From positions 1 to 64,000 of IMG/VR virus record IMGVR_UViG_3300045988_168162: DNA of 64,000 nt; one strand, written 5' to 3'. Both the position numbers and the translations under genes were made by a program. Below are positions 18,033 through 27,482 of this stretch, one piece after another. The notes beneath the pieces were generated by a model. The model did no database searches. It had not been told where the DNA came from and worked only from the letters and a program-made list of their open reading frames with translations. The number at the start of each line of letters is the position of its first letter. Position 1 is the stretch's first letter. The stretch is from a virus.

Positions 18033-18311
18033 TTATGAATACAACGGCGAATTGCCATCGCAATCATCAGTAAAAGCATCATCATCGCAGTCATCATCGC
18101 CATAAAGCAGGTCTTCATTAAACTGGACGATGGGGGAGACCTCGCACAAGCTGGCCATGGTCTCGGCAATCGTATCGACACAATCGTTGCAGATGGTCAT
18201 ATCGAACAGATCGCCATCATGCTTGGAACCATAGCCGAAGCGGAATTGAGTGCGCAGGCCATAACCTTCGAGATCAGGGAATACACGTTTGCACTTGTTG
18301 CAGATAAACAT
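18033..18311 (-). CDS. zinc-ribbon protein
   Basis: CNKCKR .. CNDCVD pairs, acidic C-terminus. Start at MFICNKC. Confidence 0.45.
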   Translation of the reverse strand: MFICNKCKRVFPDLEGYGLRTQFRFGYGSKHDGDLFDMTICNDCVDTIAETMASLCEVSPIVQFNEDLLYGDDDCDDDAFTDDCDGNSPLYS

Positions 18312-18333
18312 TTGAAATCCTCCTGAAAAAATA

Positions 18334-18567
18334 CTATTTGAGACGCAGCGCATTGCGTACTGCGAAAAGTTCTTCTGGCGTAGTTGTGATGATGCGGATT
18401 TTACGATTGTAGTCGAGGCTCATCAGGCTGAGCAGACTTTTGGCATTGGCCTGACTGCCGTTGGAATCTATGACCTGAACGTCGATACATTCCTGAGCGA
18501 CGGCCTGCAGGCGCTGACACTGGGCGAAGTAATCGATCTTGGTGATAAAATCATACTGGCCGCTCAT
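18334..18567 (-). CDS. HPr/Crh-like domain protein lacking His15
   Basis: VIDSNGSQANAKSLLSLMSL aligns with the HPr Ser46 region (G-K-x-x-x-A-K-S-l). No His at the N-terminal phosphorylation position. Confidence 0.45.
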   Translation of the reverse strand: MSGQYDFITKIDYFAQCQRLQAVAQECIDVQVIDSNGSQANAKSLLSLMSLDYNRKIRIITTTPEELFAVRNALRLK

Positions 18568-20810
18568 ACAGGTTCACCTCTCTCTGCAAAGAACTGCTTG
18601 CGCAGGGTGATGATGTCATAGCCGCGCTGCTGTTTGTAGTTGCGGAAGTTTTCATCCTGGTTATATTTTTCGCGCAGGAAGCCATAGAAAGCATTCTCGA
18701 CTGCGTCCGTAAGCTGGGCGGTATTTTGGATATAGCCCCAGCGGCGGACAGAATCTGCCACACTGCGCATATGCTTCCATTTGGAGTAGTAATCCGTTTT
18801 GAGCTTGGTCATGAAACCTGCTGCATCCTCGAACACGAAGCCCTCGATATATTCATTCCCATATTTATAGCCGGGCATGCTGGCTTTCGTGTAGAAGTCC
18901 AGGAACTCCTGCCAGGTGTTGAGCGTAGCTACATGCTCCTTGACGGCCAGGAAGAAATCTGCATCATTCTCGGCCAGTTCCTTATAGGGCGTTTTACTGA
19001 ATTTGATCTGATTCTTGACCTTGTCCAAAAGAACCAGATGCTGCGAATTGTACTCGATAATATGCGGATCTTTTACCGGGTCAATGACCTCGTACAGATA
19101 GGTGCTGTCAGAGTCACGCAGGGTCTCTTTGACGCGATTCCAGTTATAGGAATCCTTTTCATACCAGGTCTCGGTAAAGATGTGACGGAAATTCTCGGCA
19201 TAGTCGCCGCCGATGGAACCCTTGGAGCAGAAACGCAGGTCATCGTTGTCAGCATCGTAGCTGAGCAGACCCAGATAGCCGTTCTCTTTACGGTAAACTT
19301 CCACCGGGAATTTCAAATTGGCCTTGAGGTAATCCAGGCTCGTTGTAGCGTGGATGCGCCGCAGCTCATCAATGCGGAAGAACTTTTCATAGCCGCGAGC
19401 TACGATCTTATCCTTGGCTGTATCGATAAACAGGCCGCGGGCAAGAGTTGTGCGCTCGTTCCAGTGCGCATGTTTGAACGCCTGACTGGTGAAGTTGAAG
19501 GCGGAGATATTGCCGAATTTGGATTCCCGCACGTCCGGGTCTTTGCGAAGAGCCTCGACCAGATCAGCGACCGGCGTATCGTGTTTGATCTCCAGCGGCT
19601 TTTCCTCTGGCTTGCGGAATACAGTATTGGGCGTTTCGTGCTGGATGGTATTGCCAAAAGCAAGCTCCACACCGCGCAGGCAGCCGCCAAATTCAATATG
19701 TCCCTCCAGCAGACAACACTTGGAATTATCCGGTAGGATGGGGTAATCCTGGATGTTGCGGTGACCGAAGATATGGATGGTATCGGAATCATGCCAGGAA
19801 TCGATAATGCCCGGCAGGTCCTCGTATTTGCCGACACCGTGGACCATCTGATGCGTAGGAATTTTGATAAGGGCCAGCGGGTCTTTTGTATCAAACTTGG
19901 CAATACCTCCATGGCAAACGAAATAGTCCTGACCTTGGAAATTGAAATAGGCACACTGATGAAGGCGCTGATACAGACGGCTGACGGCCTTTTTATCAAT
20001 ACCGGCTGCGTCCAGTTCTTTGCGGGTGAACTGCTCAAAATCGCGGCTGTTGGCGTTTTGTTCATGCGACCATTTATAGAGCCAGCGCTCGTGGTTGCCT
20101 TCCAGCAGGATCACATTGGGTTTGTCCATGATGGAGAGAAGAAACTGAACGACCTGAACATTTTCAAGGCCGCGGTCAATATAATCGCCGCAGAAGATGT
20201 ACATTTTATCGTCCTGGATACCGCCGATATCGGACAGATACTGTTGCAGACATGTATTGCAGCCGTGAATATCGCCGATTACATGAACTGCCTTGTACTG
20301 ATCAAGGTTCGATTTCTTATAGGAAATTTCTGCAATGGCGTTATCCCGTGTAAGGACCTTGATGCCTGCCGGGATCTTTTGCGTGGCAAAACGGGCGTAC
20401 ATTTTATCAATGACGAATTCCGGCACCTGTTTCATGGGCAGACGGCTTGCATTGCGGCGCTTACATTCCGCAATAGGCAGATTCGTCATATCCACCACGT
20501 AGATGCGGTAGCGGTACTGTTTGGCGAGTGCCTTGTAGCGATTCATCTCAGATGTTTTGGAATTGGTGGCGTCAATGACCGTGAAGCAGCCGTTCTGCAT
20601 ACGGGTTTCGAGCATCTTGAACAGCGTTTCCCAGACGAGTTTATCCTGCTTTTGGCTGATCGTCAGGCTGCCATTTGTTGCCTGGATAGGAGAGGAACAC
20701 TGCATGCGGATTTCATCGGCACTGAGGGCGTACTGCTCCAGCCCATAATTTTTTATGTAGGTGGACTTGCCGCAGCCGGGAGCGCCGCGGAAGAGAAGAA
20801 GCGTTCTCAT
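18564..20810 (-). CDS. polynucleotide kinase-phosphatase-ligase (Pnkp-type RNA repair enzyme)
   Basis: N-terminal P-loop kinase GAPGCGKST. Central calcineurin-type phosphoesterase GDIHGC .. GDYIDRG .. GNHE. C-terminal ligase-like domain with YRKENGYLG (K-x-x-G). Confidence 0.8.
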   Translation of the reverse strand: MRTLLLFRGAPGCGKSTYIKNYGLEQYALSADEIRMQCSSPIQATNGSLTISQKQDKLVWETLFKMLETRMQNGCFTVIDATNSKTSEMNRYKALAKQYRYRIYVVDMTNLPIAECKRRNASRLPMKQVPEFVIDKMYARFATQKIPAGIKVLTRDNAIAEISYKKSNLDQYKAVHVIGDIHGCNTCLQQYLSDIGGIQDDKMYIFCGDYIDRGLENVQVVQFLLSIMDKPNVILLEGNHERWLYKWSHEQNANSRDFEQFTRKELDAAGIDKKAVSRLYQRLHQCAYFNFQGQDYFVCHGGIAKFDTKDPLALIKIPTHQMVHGVGKYEDLPGIIDSWHDSDTIHIFGHRNIQDYPILPDNSKCCLLEGHIEFGGCLRGVELAFGNTIQHETPNTVFRKPEEKPLEIKHDTPVADLVEALRKDPDVRESKFGNISAFNFTSQAFKHAHWNERTTLARGLFIDTAKDKIVARGYEKFFRIDELRRIHATTSLDYLKANLKFPVEVYRKENGYLGLLSYDADNDDLRFCSKGSIGGDYAENFRHIFTETWYEKDSYNWNRVKETLRDSDSTYLYEVIDPVKDPHIIEYNSQHLVLLDKVKNQIKFSKTPYKELAENDADFFLAVKEHVATLNTWQEFLDFYTKASMPGYKYGNEYIEGFVFEDAAGFMTKLKTDYYSKWKHMRSVADSVRRWGYIQNTAQLTDAVENAFYGFLREKYNQDENFRNYKQQRGYDIITLRKQFFAERGEPV

Positions 20811-20900
20811 TTATTCCACCTCGCAGTCATCTCTATAGCGTTTCTTTTTGACAAGACGAACTTTGTCGCCTTTTTTGAATCTGGTGGTTACCAATAAACA

Positions 20901-21266
20901 TCACTCCTTCAAATAAAAATCAGTTAAATCATCGACAAATTTGGCGAGGTAGCCGCAGCCGCGACCCGGGGAAGAACGGAATATCTTAGCCCCTTTGGGA
21001 ATATCAGGTTCATGAGAGAGCCACCAGACATTATCTATACGGCCACAGATGGTGCAGTAGTTGATTTTGGCGAACCAGAGAAACTCTTTGCCGCTGACGG
21101 GACTTTTATAATGATCCTCAGCATAGGCGATCTCGTAGGTATGCTTATGGTCAGTCTTACTGCGATGGGGCTTGCGCTTGCGGGTGGCTTTGATTTGCAC
21201 TTCGTCGAACTCGGATTCCATGACAGTGTTTTCATGCATGGTGTAGGGAGTATTAAGCGTTTTCAT
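20901..21266 (-). CDS. hypothetical protein (121 aa)
   Basis: ORF in the array. Single CTICG motif. Confidence 0.45.
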   Translation of the reverse strand: MKTLNTPYTMHENTVMESEFDEVQIKATRKRKPHRSKTDHKHTYEIAYAEDHYKSPVSGKEFLWFAKINYCTICGRIDNVWWLSHEPDIPKGAKIFRSSPGRGCGYLAKFVDDLTDFYLKE

Positions 21267-21296
21267 CTGATAGCGTCACCTCAATTGTTATATGAA

Positions 21297-21659
21297 TCAA
21301 TTGCCTTGTGTAACAGAGCCGGAGTCTGCATCTGGGTAATAAGTGAACCAGTCGCCGATTTCATAGGAATCATATACATCCTTAGAGACCTCAAAAGAAT
21401 TTGTTCTGCGCTCATCATCGACCATGCAGCTGATATAGAGAACATATTTATCATCCTCGTAAGAGGTATGAGGGATGTTTATAATGGTTACACGGCCGTT
21501 GATATACATACTCTGCGGAATGATATAGGTACTTGTATGAGCCGGTGTAAACTCTTTATCGTAAATCGTCCCTTCGGTAATAGGCTCTGCGCAGGCAGAC
21601 AGAAGCAGGGTACAGACCATAGCAATCGCCACAAAAGCAGACTTCCAGATTCGTTTCAT
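21297..21659 (-). CDS. lipoprotein
   Basis: Signal peptide with lipobox (VCTLLLSAC). Confidence 0.6.
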   Translation of the reverse strand: MKRIWKSAFVAIAMVCTLLLSACAEPITEGTIYDKEFTPAHTSTYIIPQSMYINGRVTIINIPHTSYEDDKYVLYISCMVDDERRTNSFEVSKDVYDSYEIGDWFTYYPDADSGSVTQGN

Positions 21660-21662
21660 AGT

Positions 21663-21779
21663 TCAATCATCCTTTTTATGAAGATGTGTTTTAATGCCGA
21701 TAGCGGCATCGGTGACAAGTCCCGCGATAAAACAGCCTACGAGCAGCGCTGCGAAAACAGGAATGGAGAGGATAATCAT
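21663..21779 (-). CDS. small single-pass membrane protein (38 aa)
   Basis: MIILSIPVFAALLVGCFIAGLV.. fills the gap between two genes. Below the track cutoff. Confidence 0.3.
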   Translation of the reverse strand: MIILSIPVFAALLVGCFIAGLVTDAAIGIKTHLHKKDD

Positions 21780-21787
21780 TTCATGCC

Positions 21788-23350
21788 TCAATTCTCGATC
21801 ATCTTGAACATGACATCGGTGCGGCGGTTAGCAATCTTACCTTCCTCGGTATTGGGGTCACCGATCATCTTGGTATTGCCATTACCGATGACAACGATGC
21901 GGCTGCCATCAATGCCCTGGCTGGTCAGGTAGTTGGCCACGGTCTGAGCGCGGGAGTAGGAGAGCTGCTTGCCGGCTTCGCTTTCCTCGCCGACCTGGTT
22001 GATGTTGCCCTCAATCTGGATAATAGCGCCGTCCAGAGTTTTGGCGATTTCAACAAATTCATTGAGGGTAGAGGCGGCTTCGGCCTGATCCAGGAACTTG
22101 GCGGTATCGGGTACGAAGTTGACAGTGCAGGATTTTGTCAGCATAGAAGAGTAGTCCACAGCGGCGGTTTTCTGTTCCTGGGTGACTTCGACCTTGTTCG
22201 TGACAGCGGTATTGGACTTGTACTTATCGGCCAGAGCTTCCAGATAGGTGGTATCGAAAATCGTATTGACAGCATCACGATCCACGGTTTCGCCCAGAGA
22301 CTCCCAGATGGTACACATATCGTTGTAGGTCTGATGGGCGGTATCAGTCAGGATATCCATGTTATCGGCCCAGTTGGCGAGCTTGGCATGGTCACAGTCG
22401 GCAGCGATAGAGGTATCATCCGCGGTAGAGTACATGGGCATGACCTTGCGAATAGAGTCAAAATCGGTCTTATAAATGCTCTCAGCCTGCAGGACACCAT
22501 CGATGAACTTGGAGACGGTGTCGGGGTGGGCGGCAGCCCAATCGGCATCAAAGACAATGCCGTCCATGATCAGAGTAGAGGATGCGGTGGTATCAAAGAC
22601 GATGACAGAATTGGTGGATTCCTCGGCCTGGGAGAGGTACGGTTCCCAGGTAGCGGCGACATCGATCTGACCGGCAAAGAAAGCCTTGGCGGCATCATCC
22701 GGGGTATCGAACATAATCAGGTTATCGAGGATCTTCTGCTGGTCGGCGGCGCTGAGGTCGGATTTCTGGACAAACCAGGTAACCAGGGTTTCGGCCTCGG
22801 AGAAAGAGGGGACTCCGATGCGGGCATTAGGCCAGGTGGAAATATCAGCAAAATTCGTGCTGGCAATGATACCGTCACCACCATAGGAATAGTTGGTATA
22901 GAACGGCATAATGACATTCTTACCGGCTTCCTTGAATTTCTGGCTGAGGAAAGCAACACGGTTGGTGGTGTAACCTGCGGCCTGCAAGTCGCCGGAGATC
23001 AGGGCGTTGGAGGACTGTGTGGCATCATTGATGATATTGATGTTGACCTTGATGCCGAGCTGGTCGAAGATAGAGCCGGGCTGAGTTGTCAGGCCCCCAC
23101 ATGCGTCTACCAGACTCTTCCAGCCTACCCACTCATCCAGAGACAGGTTGATGGTATCGTCATCGGTCTTAGCAGCGGCAGGCTTGGAGTCATTTTTGGT
23201 AGTGGTGCTGACAGCATTGGTGCTGGCGGCGTGGTTAGGGGCAAGATCATTTTCGATAATGCCAGATTTGAAAACGGCGAAAACGGCGATTGCCAGGACC
23301 AGAACCAGGCAAAGGATCTTAGCTGCAGGGGTCAAACGAAAGCGTTTCAT
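21788..23350 (-). CDS. ABC-transporter substrate-binding protein (NMT1/SsuA-like) fused to OmpA-like domain
   Basis: N-terminal anchor helix and an NMT1/SsuA-type binding region. C-terminal OmpA/MotB motif SYSRAQTVANYL .. NRRTDV. Confidence 0.65.
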   Translation of the reverse strand: MKRFRLTPAAKILCLVLVLAIAVFAVFKSGIIENDLAPNHAASTNAVSTTTKNDSKPAAAKTDDDTINLSLDEWVGWKSLVDACGGLTTQPGSIFDQLGIKVNINIINDATQSSNALISGDLQAAGYTTNRVAFLSQKFKEAGKNVIMPFYTNYSYGGDGIIASTNFADISTWPNARIGVPSFSEAETLVTWFVQKSDLSAADQQKILDNLIMFDTPDDAAKAFFAGQIDVAATWEPYLSQAEESTNSVIVFDTTASSTLIMDGIVFDADWAAAHPDTVSKFIDGVLQAESIYKTDFDSIRKVMPMYSTADDTSIAADCDHAKLANWADNMDILTDTAHQTYNDMCTIWESLGETVDRDAVNTIFDTTYLEALADKYKSNTAVTNKVEVTQEQKTAAVDYSSMLTKSCTVNFVPDTAKFLDQAEAASTLNEFVEIAKTLDGAIIQIEGNINQVGEESEAGKQLSYSRAQTVANYLTSQGIDGSRIVVIGNGNTKMIGDPNTEEGKIANRRTDVMFKMIEN

Positions 23351-23361
23351 TATGTATCTCC

Positions 23362-24171
23362 TTAGTGTTTTTCTTTCTGTTTAGGGGTGACAAATTCAAT
23401 AGTGGGACGTTTAGTGCTACTGGGGAGCGAAACTGGACTGCGCAGGGAATCGAGGAAATCATTAACAGCGTAGTCATCGCTCTTTTCATCGGCACGGGCG
23501 ATACGAGTATTGAGCTTGGCCTCATGCACAATGCGGGAGCCGGCAGCACGCTCAGAACCGGCCTTGACTTCTTCATCGATGGCACCGAGCAGGCGCTTGG
23601 AAGCTGAATCGCGGCGAAGTTCATCGAGATCATCATAGGCAGCCTCAACATCACGGTTGGTTTTGAGCTGTTCGACAACCAGATTCTTTTTGGCGCGGAT
23701 GTCTTTGAGTTCTTTCTCCCGCTGGGTGAAGATGTCCCGCGCCTGGGCCACAGCGGGGGTGAGCTGGTTGACGGTGTCGGCATACTGTTTGGCGACGAGA
23801 ATGGAATCCTGGCGTTTCTCGGCGTAGACACGGGCGGTGGCTTCATCGCCGCGAGACATAGCTGTGCGGGCTTTGGATTCATACTCCTGCACCTCGCGAT
23901 TGGCTTTATCCCGTGCTTTGATAGCGGTTTCCAGACGGCCTGTCATACGCTTGAGGGCATCGGAGGCTTTATTGTATTTATCCTCGGCTTCCTCGATGGC
24001 TTTGGAATAGATAGCCGCGGCGCCCTCGGGCGTTTTGGCTGTATCTTCGACAAAGAGGTTGAGAAAGCCGCCCAGCAGAACACCGAGTTTTTTGCGAAAC
24101 TCCAGGAAGAGGAGCAGGACAGCCGCCGCGCCGCCGACACCACAGAGGATCAGCAGATTACTGAGCGGCAT
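23362..24171 (-). CDS. PspA/IM30-like coiled-coil protein with N-terminal TM helix
   Basis: TM helix LILCGVGGAAAVLLLF, then a long heptad-rich region resembling PspA/LiaH (AIYSKAIEEAEDKYNKA .. RVYAEKRQ). Confidence 0.55.
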   Translation of the reverse strand: MPLSNLLILCGVGGAAAVLLLFLEFRKKLGVLLGGFLNLFVEDTAKTPEGAAAIYSKAIEEAEDKYNKASDALKRMTGRLETAIKARDKANREVQEYESKARTAMSRGDEATARVYAEKRQDSILVAKQYADTVNQLTPAVAQARDIFTQREKELKDIRAKKNLVVEQLKTNRDVEAAYDDLDELRRDSASKRLLGAIDEEVKAGSERAAGSRIVHEAKLNTRIARADEKSDDYAVNDFLDSLRSPVSLPSSTKRPTIEFVTPKQKEKH

Positions 24172-24721
24172 CAGGAGTCACCTCCGTGGCACCGATAAAT
24201 GCAAGGGTGGAATTGATCTTGGCGATTTCATCCTGAACCGCGGTGGAGAGCATATCGCCGTTCTGCACGAGCTGCTGGATAGCTTCTTTATTGGCCTGGA
24301 TCTTGGCTTCGTAATCTTTGATTTCCTCCAGCAGAGCAGTGCGCTTATTCTCGTAATCCTGCATGGTGGCGTTGAACGTATCAGAAAGCAAAGCTTTACG
24401 GCGGTCAGAATCATCCTGGATACTCTGAATAGAGATGCCAAGAGTGCCCAGCAGATTGACGATGATGGTCTTGGAAGTCTTTTCCGGAGTTTCCGGCGGG
24501 ATGGTGGCCAGCAGTTCGTTGACTTTATAGACCGAGGTAGAAGCATCGGTCAGGTCGTTAGCCGCGTAAATTTGTGGAATAATATCGTTTGCTGCAGCAT
24601 CCGGCGAAACAGTGGCCGGTTCTGCAGACGGGGCGACATCAAACGAGAAATTGAGATTGGGTTCTTCTTCCGGCTGGGTAGGGACAGATTCGACGAGACC
24701 TATTTTTTCAAAGAAATTCAT
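24158..24721 (-). CDS. hypothetical acidic coiled-coil protein
   Basis: ORF overlapping the PspA-like gene start by 14 nt. No motif. Confidence 0.45.
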   Translation of the reverse strand: MNFFEKIGLVESVPTQPEEEPNLNFSFDVAPSAEPATVSPDAAANDIIPQIYAANDLTDASTSVYKVNELLATIPPETPEKTSKTIIVNLLGTLGISIQSIQDDSDRRKALLSDTFNATMQDYENKRTALLEEIKDYEAKIQANKEAIQQLVQNGDMLSTAVQDEIAKINSTLAFIGATEVTPDAAQ

Positions 24722-24730
24722 AGTTCCTCC

Positions 24731-25303
24731 TTAAAATGTAAGAATTGTATCGCACATCAGCTTGGCTTCGACCTGACTGTGTGTTACTAAGAGAATTGTG
24801 TTTTGCAGCGCCTTATGCTGTCGAAGCACGAGTGCCTGCATGGCGGCGCGTGTGGATTCATCGAGAGCGGATAGTGGTTCGTCCATAAGTAAGATTTGCG
24901 GCTTTAGATAAAGGACGCGGGCAAGGCTGAGGCGCTGCTGTTCGCCGCCGGAAAGCTGGCGGGGGTAATCATTTTGATGAGAAAGAAGACCAACGGCGGC
25001 AAGCATTTCACGAGCAAGGGTTGGCTTTTGCGGTTTGTGCTGGATCTTATCGCAGATAAGAACGTTATCGAGACAAGTGAGCCAATCGAAATTTGTGTTG
25101 TGCTGGCACATCATAGTGACCGGGGCGCTTGCCTGGAAACTGCCAGAGAATGGTTGGATAACGCCGCACAAGGTTTTGAACAATGTAGTCTTGCCTTTGC
25201 CGGAGGGAGCCATGATGCCGGTGATAGAACCATCGAAGCTGCCGGATACAGGGCCGAGCAGAGGGGTATCATAGCCGACAGTGAGTTCATGCAGTGTGAG
25301 CAT
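24731..25303 (-). CDS. ABC transporter ATP-binding protein
   Basis: Walker A PSGKGKTT, signature LSGGEQQR, Walker B LLMDEPLSALD. Confidence 0.85.
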   Translation of the reverse strand: MLTLHELTVGYDTPLLGPVSGSFDGSITGIMAPSGKGKTTLFKTLCGVIQPFSGSFQASAPVTMMCQHNTNFDWLTCLDNVLICDKIQHKPQKPTLAREMLAAVGLLSHQNDYPRQLSGGEQQRLSLARVLYLKPQILLMDEPLSALDESTRAAMQALVLRQHKALQNTILLVTHSQVEAKLMCDTILTF

Positions 25304-26042
25304 CTTGGAACCTCCAGGAGAAAAAATGACGGATCAGTTTATTGGCCAGCCAGTCAAAGGCCATGCTGACAAGGATAATGGTGAGAATACCGGCAAAGGA
25401 AATGGCGGTGCGGCCGCGAGCGGTACTGGTATAGATGATATAGCCGATACCGTATTTGGCATTGATCTGTTCGCAGACGGCGATGTAAGTCCAGCCGATA
25501 CCATACATCATGGTGAAGGTTTGCAGGATACTGGGCAGGGTGCTGGGCAGCAGAACCATAGTAAGAATCTGGAAGCGATTCATGCCGAGAGTGCGGGCAG
25601 TAAGCATCAAATCCGGGCTGACTTCTTGAAAGGCGAGAACAACACTGGGCAGCATGTAGACGAAGGTTGCCAGAAACAGGAAACTGATCTTCATCTGTTC
25701 GCCGATACCAAACCACAAAATCAATAGCGGGTAAAAAGCTGTGATGGGCAGAAAACGCATGAGGTTGGTAATGGGTAAGATTATTGCCTTAGCCGTAGAC
25801 GAGTAAAAGACCAGCATGCCGAGGGGCAAACTGACTGCAGCGGCAAGCAGGCTGGCGGCTGTAATGCGCCAAAAAGAATAAACAAGACCGTAAACGAGCT
25901 GGCCGTTTGTAAGAAGGGAAACAAATTCATCCAGAACGCTGGCGGGGCTGGGCACAAACAGCGGAGAGACGGCCATGGAAGCGAGCTGCCAGAGAATAAG
26001 AACCAGGGCAAGCGGCAGAACGGTCTTGATTTTAGGTTTCAT
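25287..26042 (-). CDS. ABC transporter permease (SsuC/TauC-like)
   Basis: About 6 TM helices and an EAA-type loop (ARTLGMNRFQILTMVLLPSTLP). Overlaps the ATPase gene. Confidence 0.8.
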   Translation of the reverse strand: MKPKIKTVLPLALVLILWQLASMAVSPLFVPSPASVLDEFVSLLTNGQLVYGLVYSFWRITAASLLAAAVSLPLGMLVFYSSTAKAIILPITNLMRFLPITAFYPLLILWFGIGEQMKISFLFLATFVYMLPSVVLAFQEVSPDLMLTARTLGMNRFQILTMVLLPSTLPSILQTFTMMYGIGWTYIAVCEQINAKYGIGYIIYTSTARGRTAISFAGILTIILVSMAFDWLANKLIRHFFSWRFQDAHTA

Positions 26043-26226
26043 CGTCCACCTCGGTATCCAGTTTCTCTCGCTTTTGCTTTCTGCGATAATTGCGGGTAAG
26101 CGAGTCTTTTATCCATTTCTTACGCTTTGAATTTGCAATAAGACCATACCACCGACACTCTGCCAACTGCCACTCGAAATCCCATGCTTTGCCATCTCTA
26201 CATTTTTTATGTGCGGATTTTTTCAT
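26032..26226 (-). CDS. small basic protein
   Basis: Lys/Arg-rich 64 aa ORF overlapping the permease start. Confidence 0.4.
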   Translation of the reverse strand: MKKSAHKKCRDGKAWDFEWQLAECRWYGLIANSKRKKWIKDSLTRNYRRKQKREKLDTEVDDET

Positions 26227-26310
26227 TGCGATTTACCTCATATAATCTATTAAAAACAGGACATTTGCGCACAGTGCCCTGGGATTGGCTGAAAAATGGG
26301 TATAAGAAAT

Positions 26311-26354
26311 ACACCCTACCGAAAAAACCGGGTTTCGGCAGTGTGATAGGGTGT
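26311..26354 (-). terminator. stem-loop, probable intrinsic terminator
   Basis: ACACCCTA..TAGGGTGT outer stem enclosing CCGAAA..TTTCGG, followed in minus sense by a U-rich tract. Lies downstream of ORF 26374-26538. Confidence 0.45.
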
Positions 26355-26373
26355 ATAAGTTATGAGTTATTCG

Positions 26374-26538
26374 TTATCTTGTTGCGGCGGGGAATAGCTG
26401 CATCAATTCAGCCGGACGAATGGGGACACCACGAATGGTGGCCGCGCCGCCTTTCAGTTCGTAATCAATATGCAGCTTATTACAAACCTCGATAGCGATT
26501 TCGGTTGCGGACTTGCCTGTGTTTAGAAAATCATCCAT
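26374..26538 (-). CDS. hypothetical protein (54 aa)
   Basis: Start at MDDFLNTG (ATG 26538) with AGGTGATACAC SD that contains the upstream stop. Confidence 0.4.
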   Translation of the reverse strand: MDDFLNTGKSATEIAIEVCNKLHIDYELKGGAATIRGVPIRPAELMQLFPAATR

Positions 26539-26543
26539 GTGTA

Positions 26544-27080
26544 TCACCTGTTCAAATCTATATCCAGGGCGAGACATTCATCCATCCAGGTGACGATATC
26601 GCGGTTGAATACCTCGCGGGCATAATCATCGGGATAGGTAAGGCGAAACCAATCCTGCTTAGCCCGGATCTGCTGCTTGATCCCGGACGTATCATAGCCG
26701 GAATATTTCTCAGCCAAGATCAAGAAGCGCGGGATATTCCAGCCCCAGATATACTCGTTGTAGGGGATAGGGAAGAAGCTATCATCGTCAGAGACTGGGA
26801 ACGGCTTTACGCCCTTATAGCGAATAAACAGAAAATCATCCTTGAACATATGATTGGTAAACAGGTTGGGACGATAACATAGTTCCTCGATCCCTTTAGC
26901 GCAGAGAAAGCCGTCCTTATAGCCGTAATATGATCCTCTCAGATACCATGGCGGCATATCATGAACTGTCAGCTTGGTCTTGTAGCGGCCATTGCTGTAC
27001 AAAACGGATTCGTCCGCTGGTGCTGGTGTTGCAAGACTATACTTACCGCAGGAGTAATAGTTGGCGTGCAGACGGCTCAT
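26544..27080 (-). CDS. hypothetical protein (178 aa)
   Basis: ORF in the array. No motif recognised. Confidence 0.5.
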   Translation of the reverse strand: MSRLHANYYSCGKYSLATPAPADESVLYSNGRYKTKLTVHDMPPWYLRGSYYGYKDGFLCAKGIEELCYRPNLFTNHMFKDDFLFIRYKGVKPFPVSDDDSFFPIPYNEYIWGWNIPRFLILAEKYSGYDTSGIKQQIRAKQDWFRLTYPDDYAREVFNRDIVTWMDECLALDIDLNR

Positions 27081-27460
27081 TCTGCGTCCAGAGCGGCCAG
27101 CTGCGCCTGAATCTCTGCCTCCGACATATCATAGAGTGCCTGATTCTGTTTCTTGGCGAGGACTTCGAGCAACTGCTGGCGGCGTTCGGCATTCTCGCGG
27201 GCGGTCTGGGCCTTAGCCTTATCCGCCAGCTTGACGGAGACGATATGCTTGACGATCTCGATCTTGTTGGAAAGTTCATTCTGCTCGGTGGTCTTGGTGC
27301 CAAGCAGGGATTCCTCGCCGGTGGTCTTGAATTCTTTATTAAGGGTCTTGAAGATACTGTCAAGGTTCTGAACGTTCAGATCCCACAGATCCTCGGTGCT
27401 GATCCAGCCCTTGAAGGGGAAACGGTACTTATTGCGGGTTGCGATTTCAAACAGTTCCAT
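27077..27460 (-). CDS. hypothetical protein (127 aa)
   Basis: ORF with an ATGA-type overlap to the next gene. Confidence 0.5.
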   Translation of the reverse strand: MELFEIATRNKYRFPFKGWISTEDLWDLNVQNLDSIFKTLNKEFKTTGEESLLGTKTTEQNELSNKIEIVKHIVSVKLADKAKAQTARENAERRQQLLEVLAKKQNQALYDMSEAEIQAQLAALDAE

Positions 27461-27482
27461 AGTGTTTACCTCTTTCTGTGAT

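Noticed and set aside
20814-20897. 27-aa TTG-initiated mini-ORF (LVTTRFKKGDKVRLVKKKRY..) upstream of the Pnkp gene.
   Set aside because: It is too short to support. It was noted only because its GDKVRLV string echoes the SH3-like paralogue family and it has a GGAGTGAT SD.
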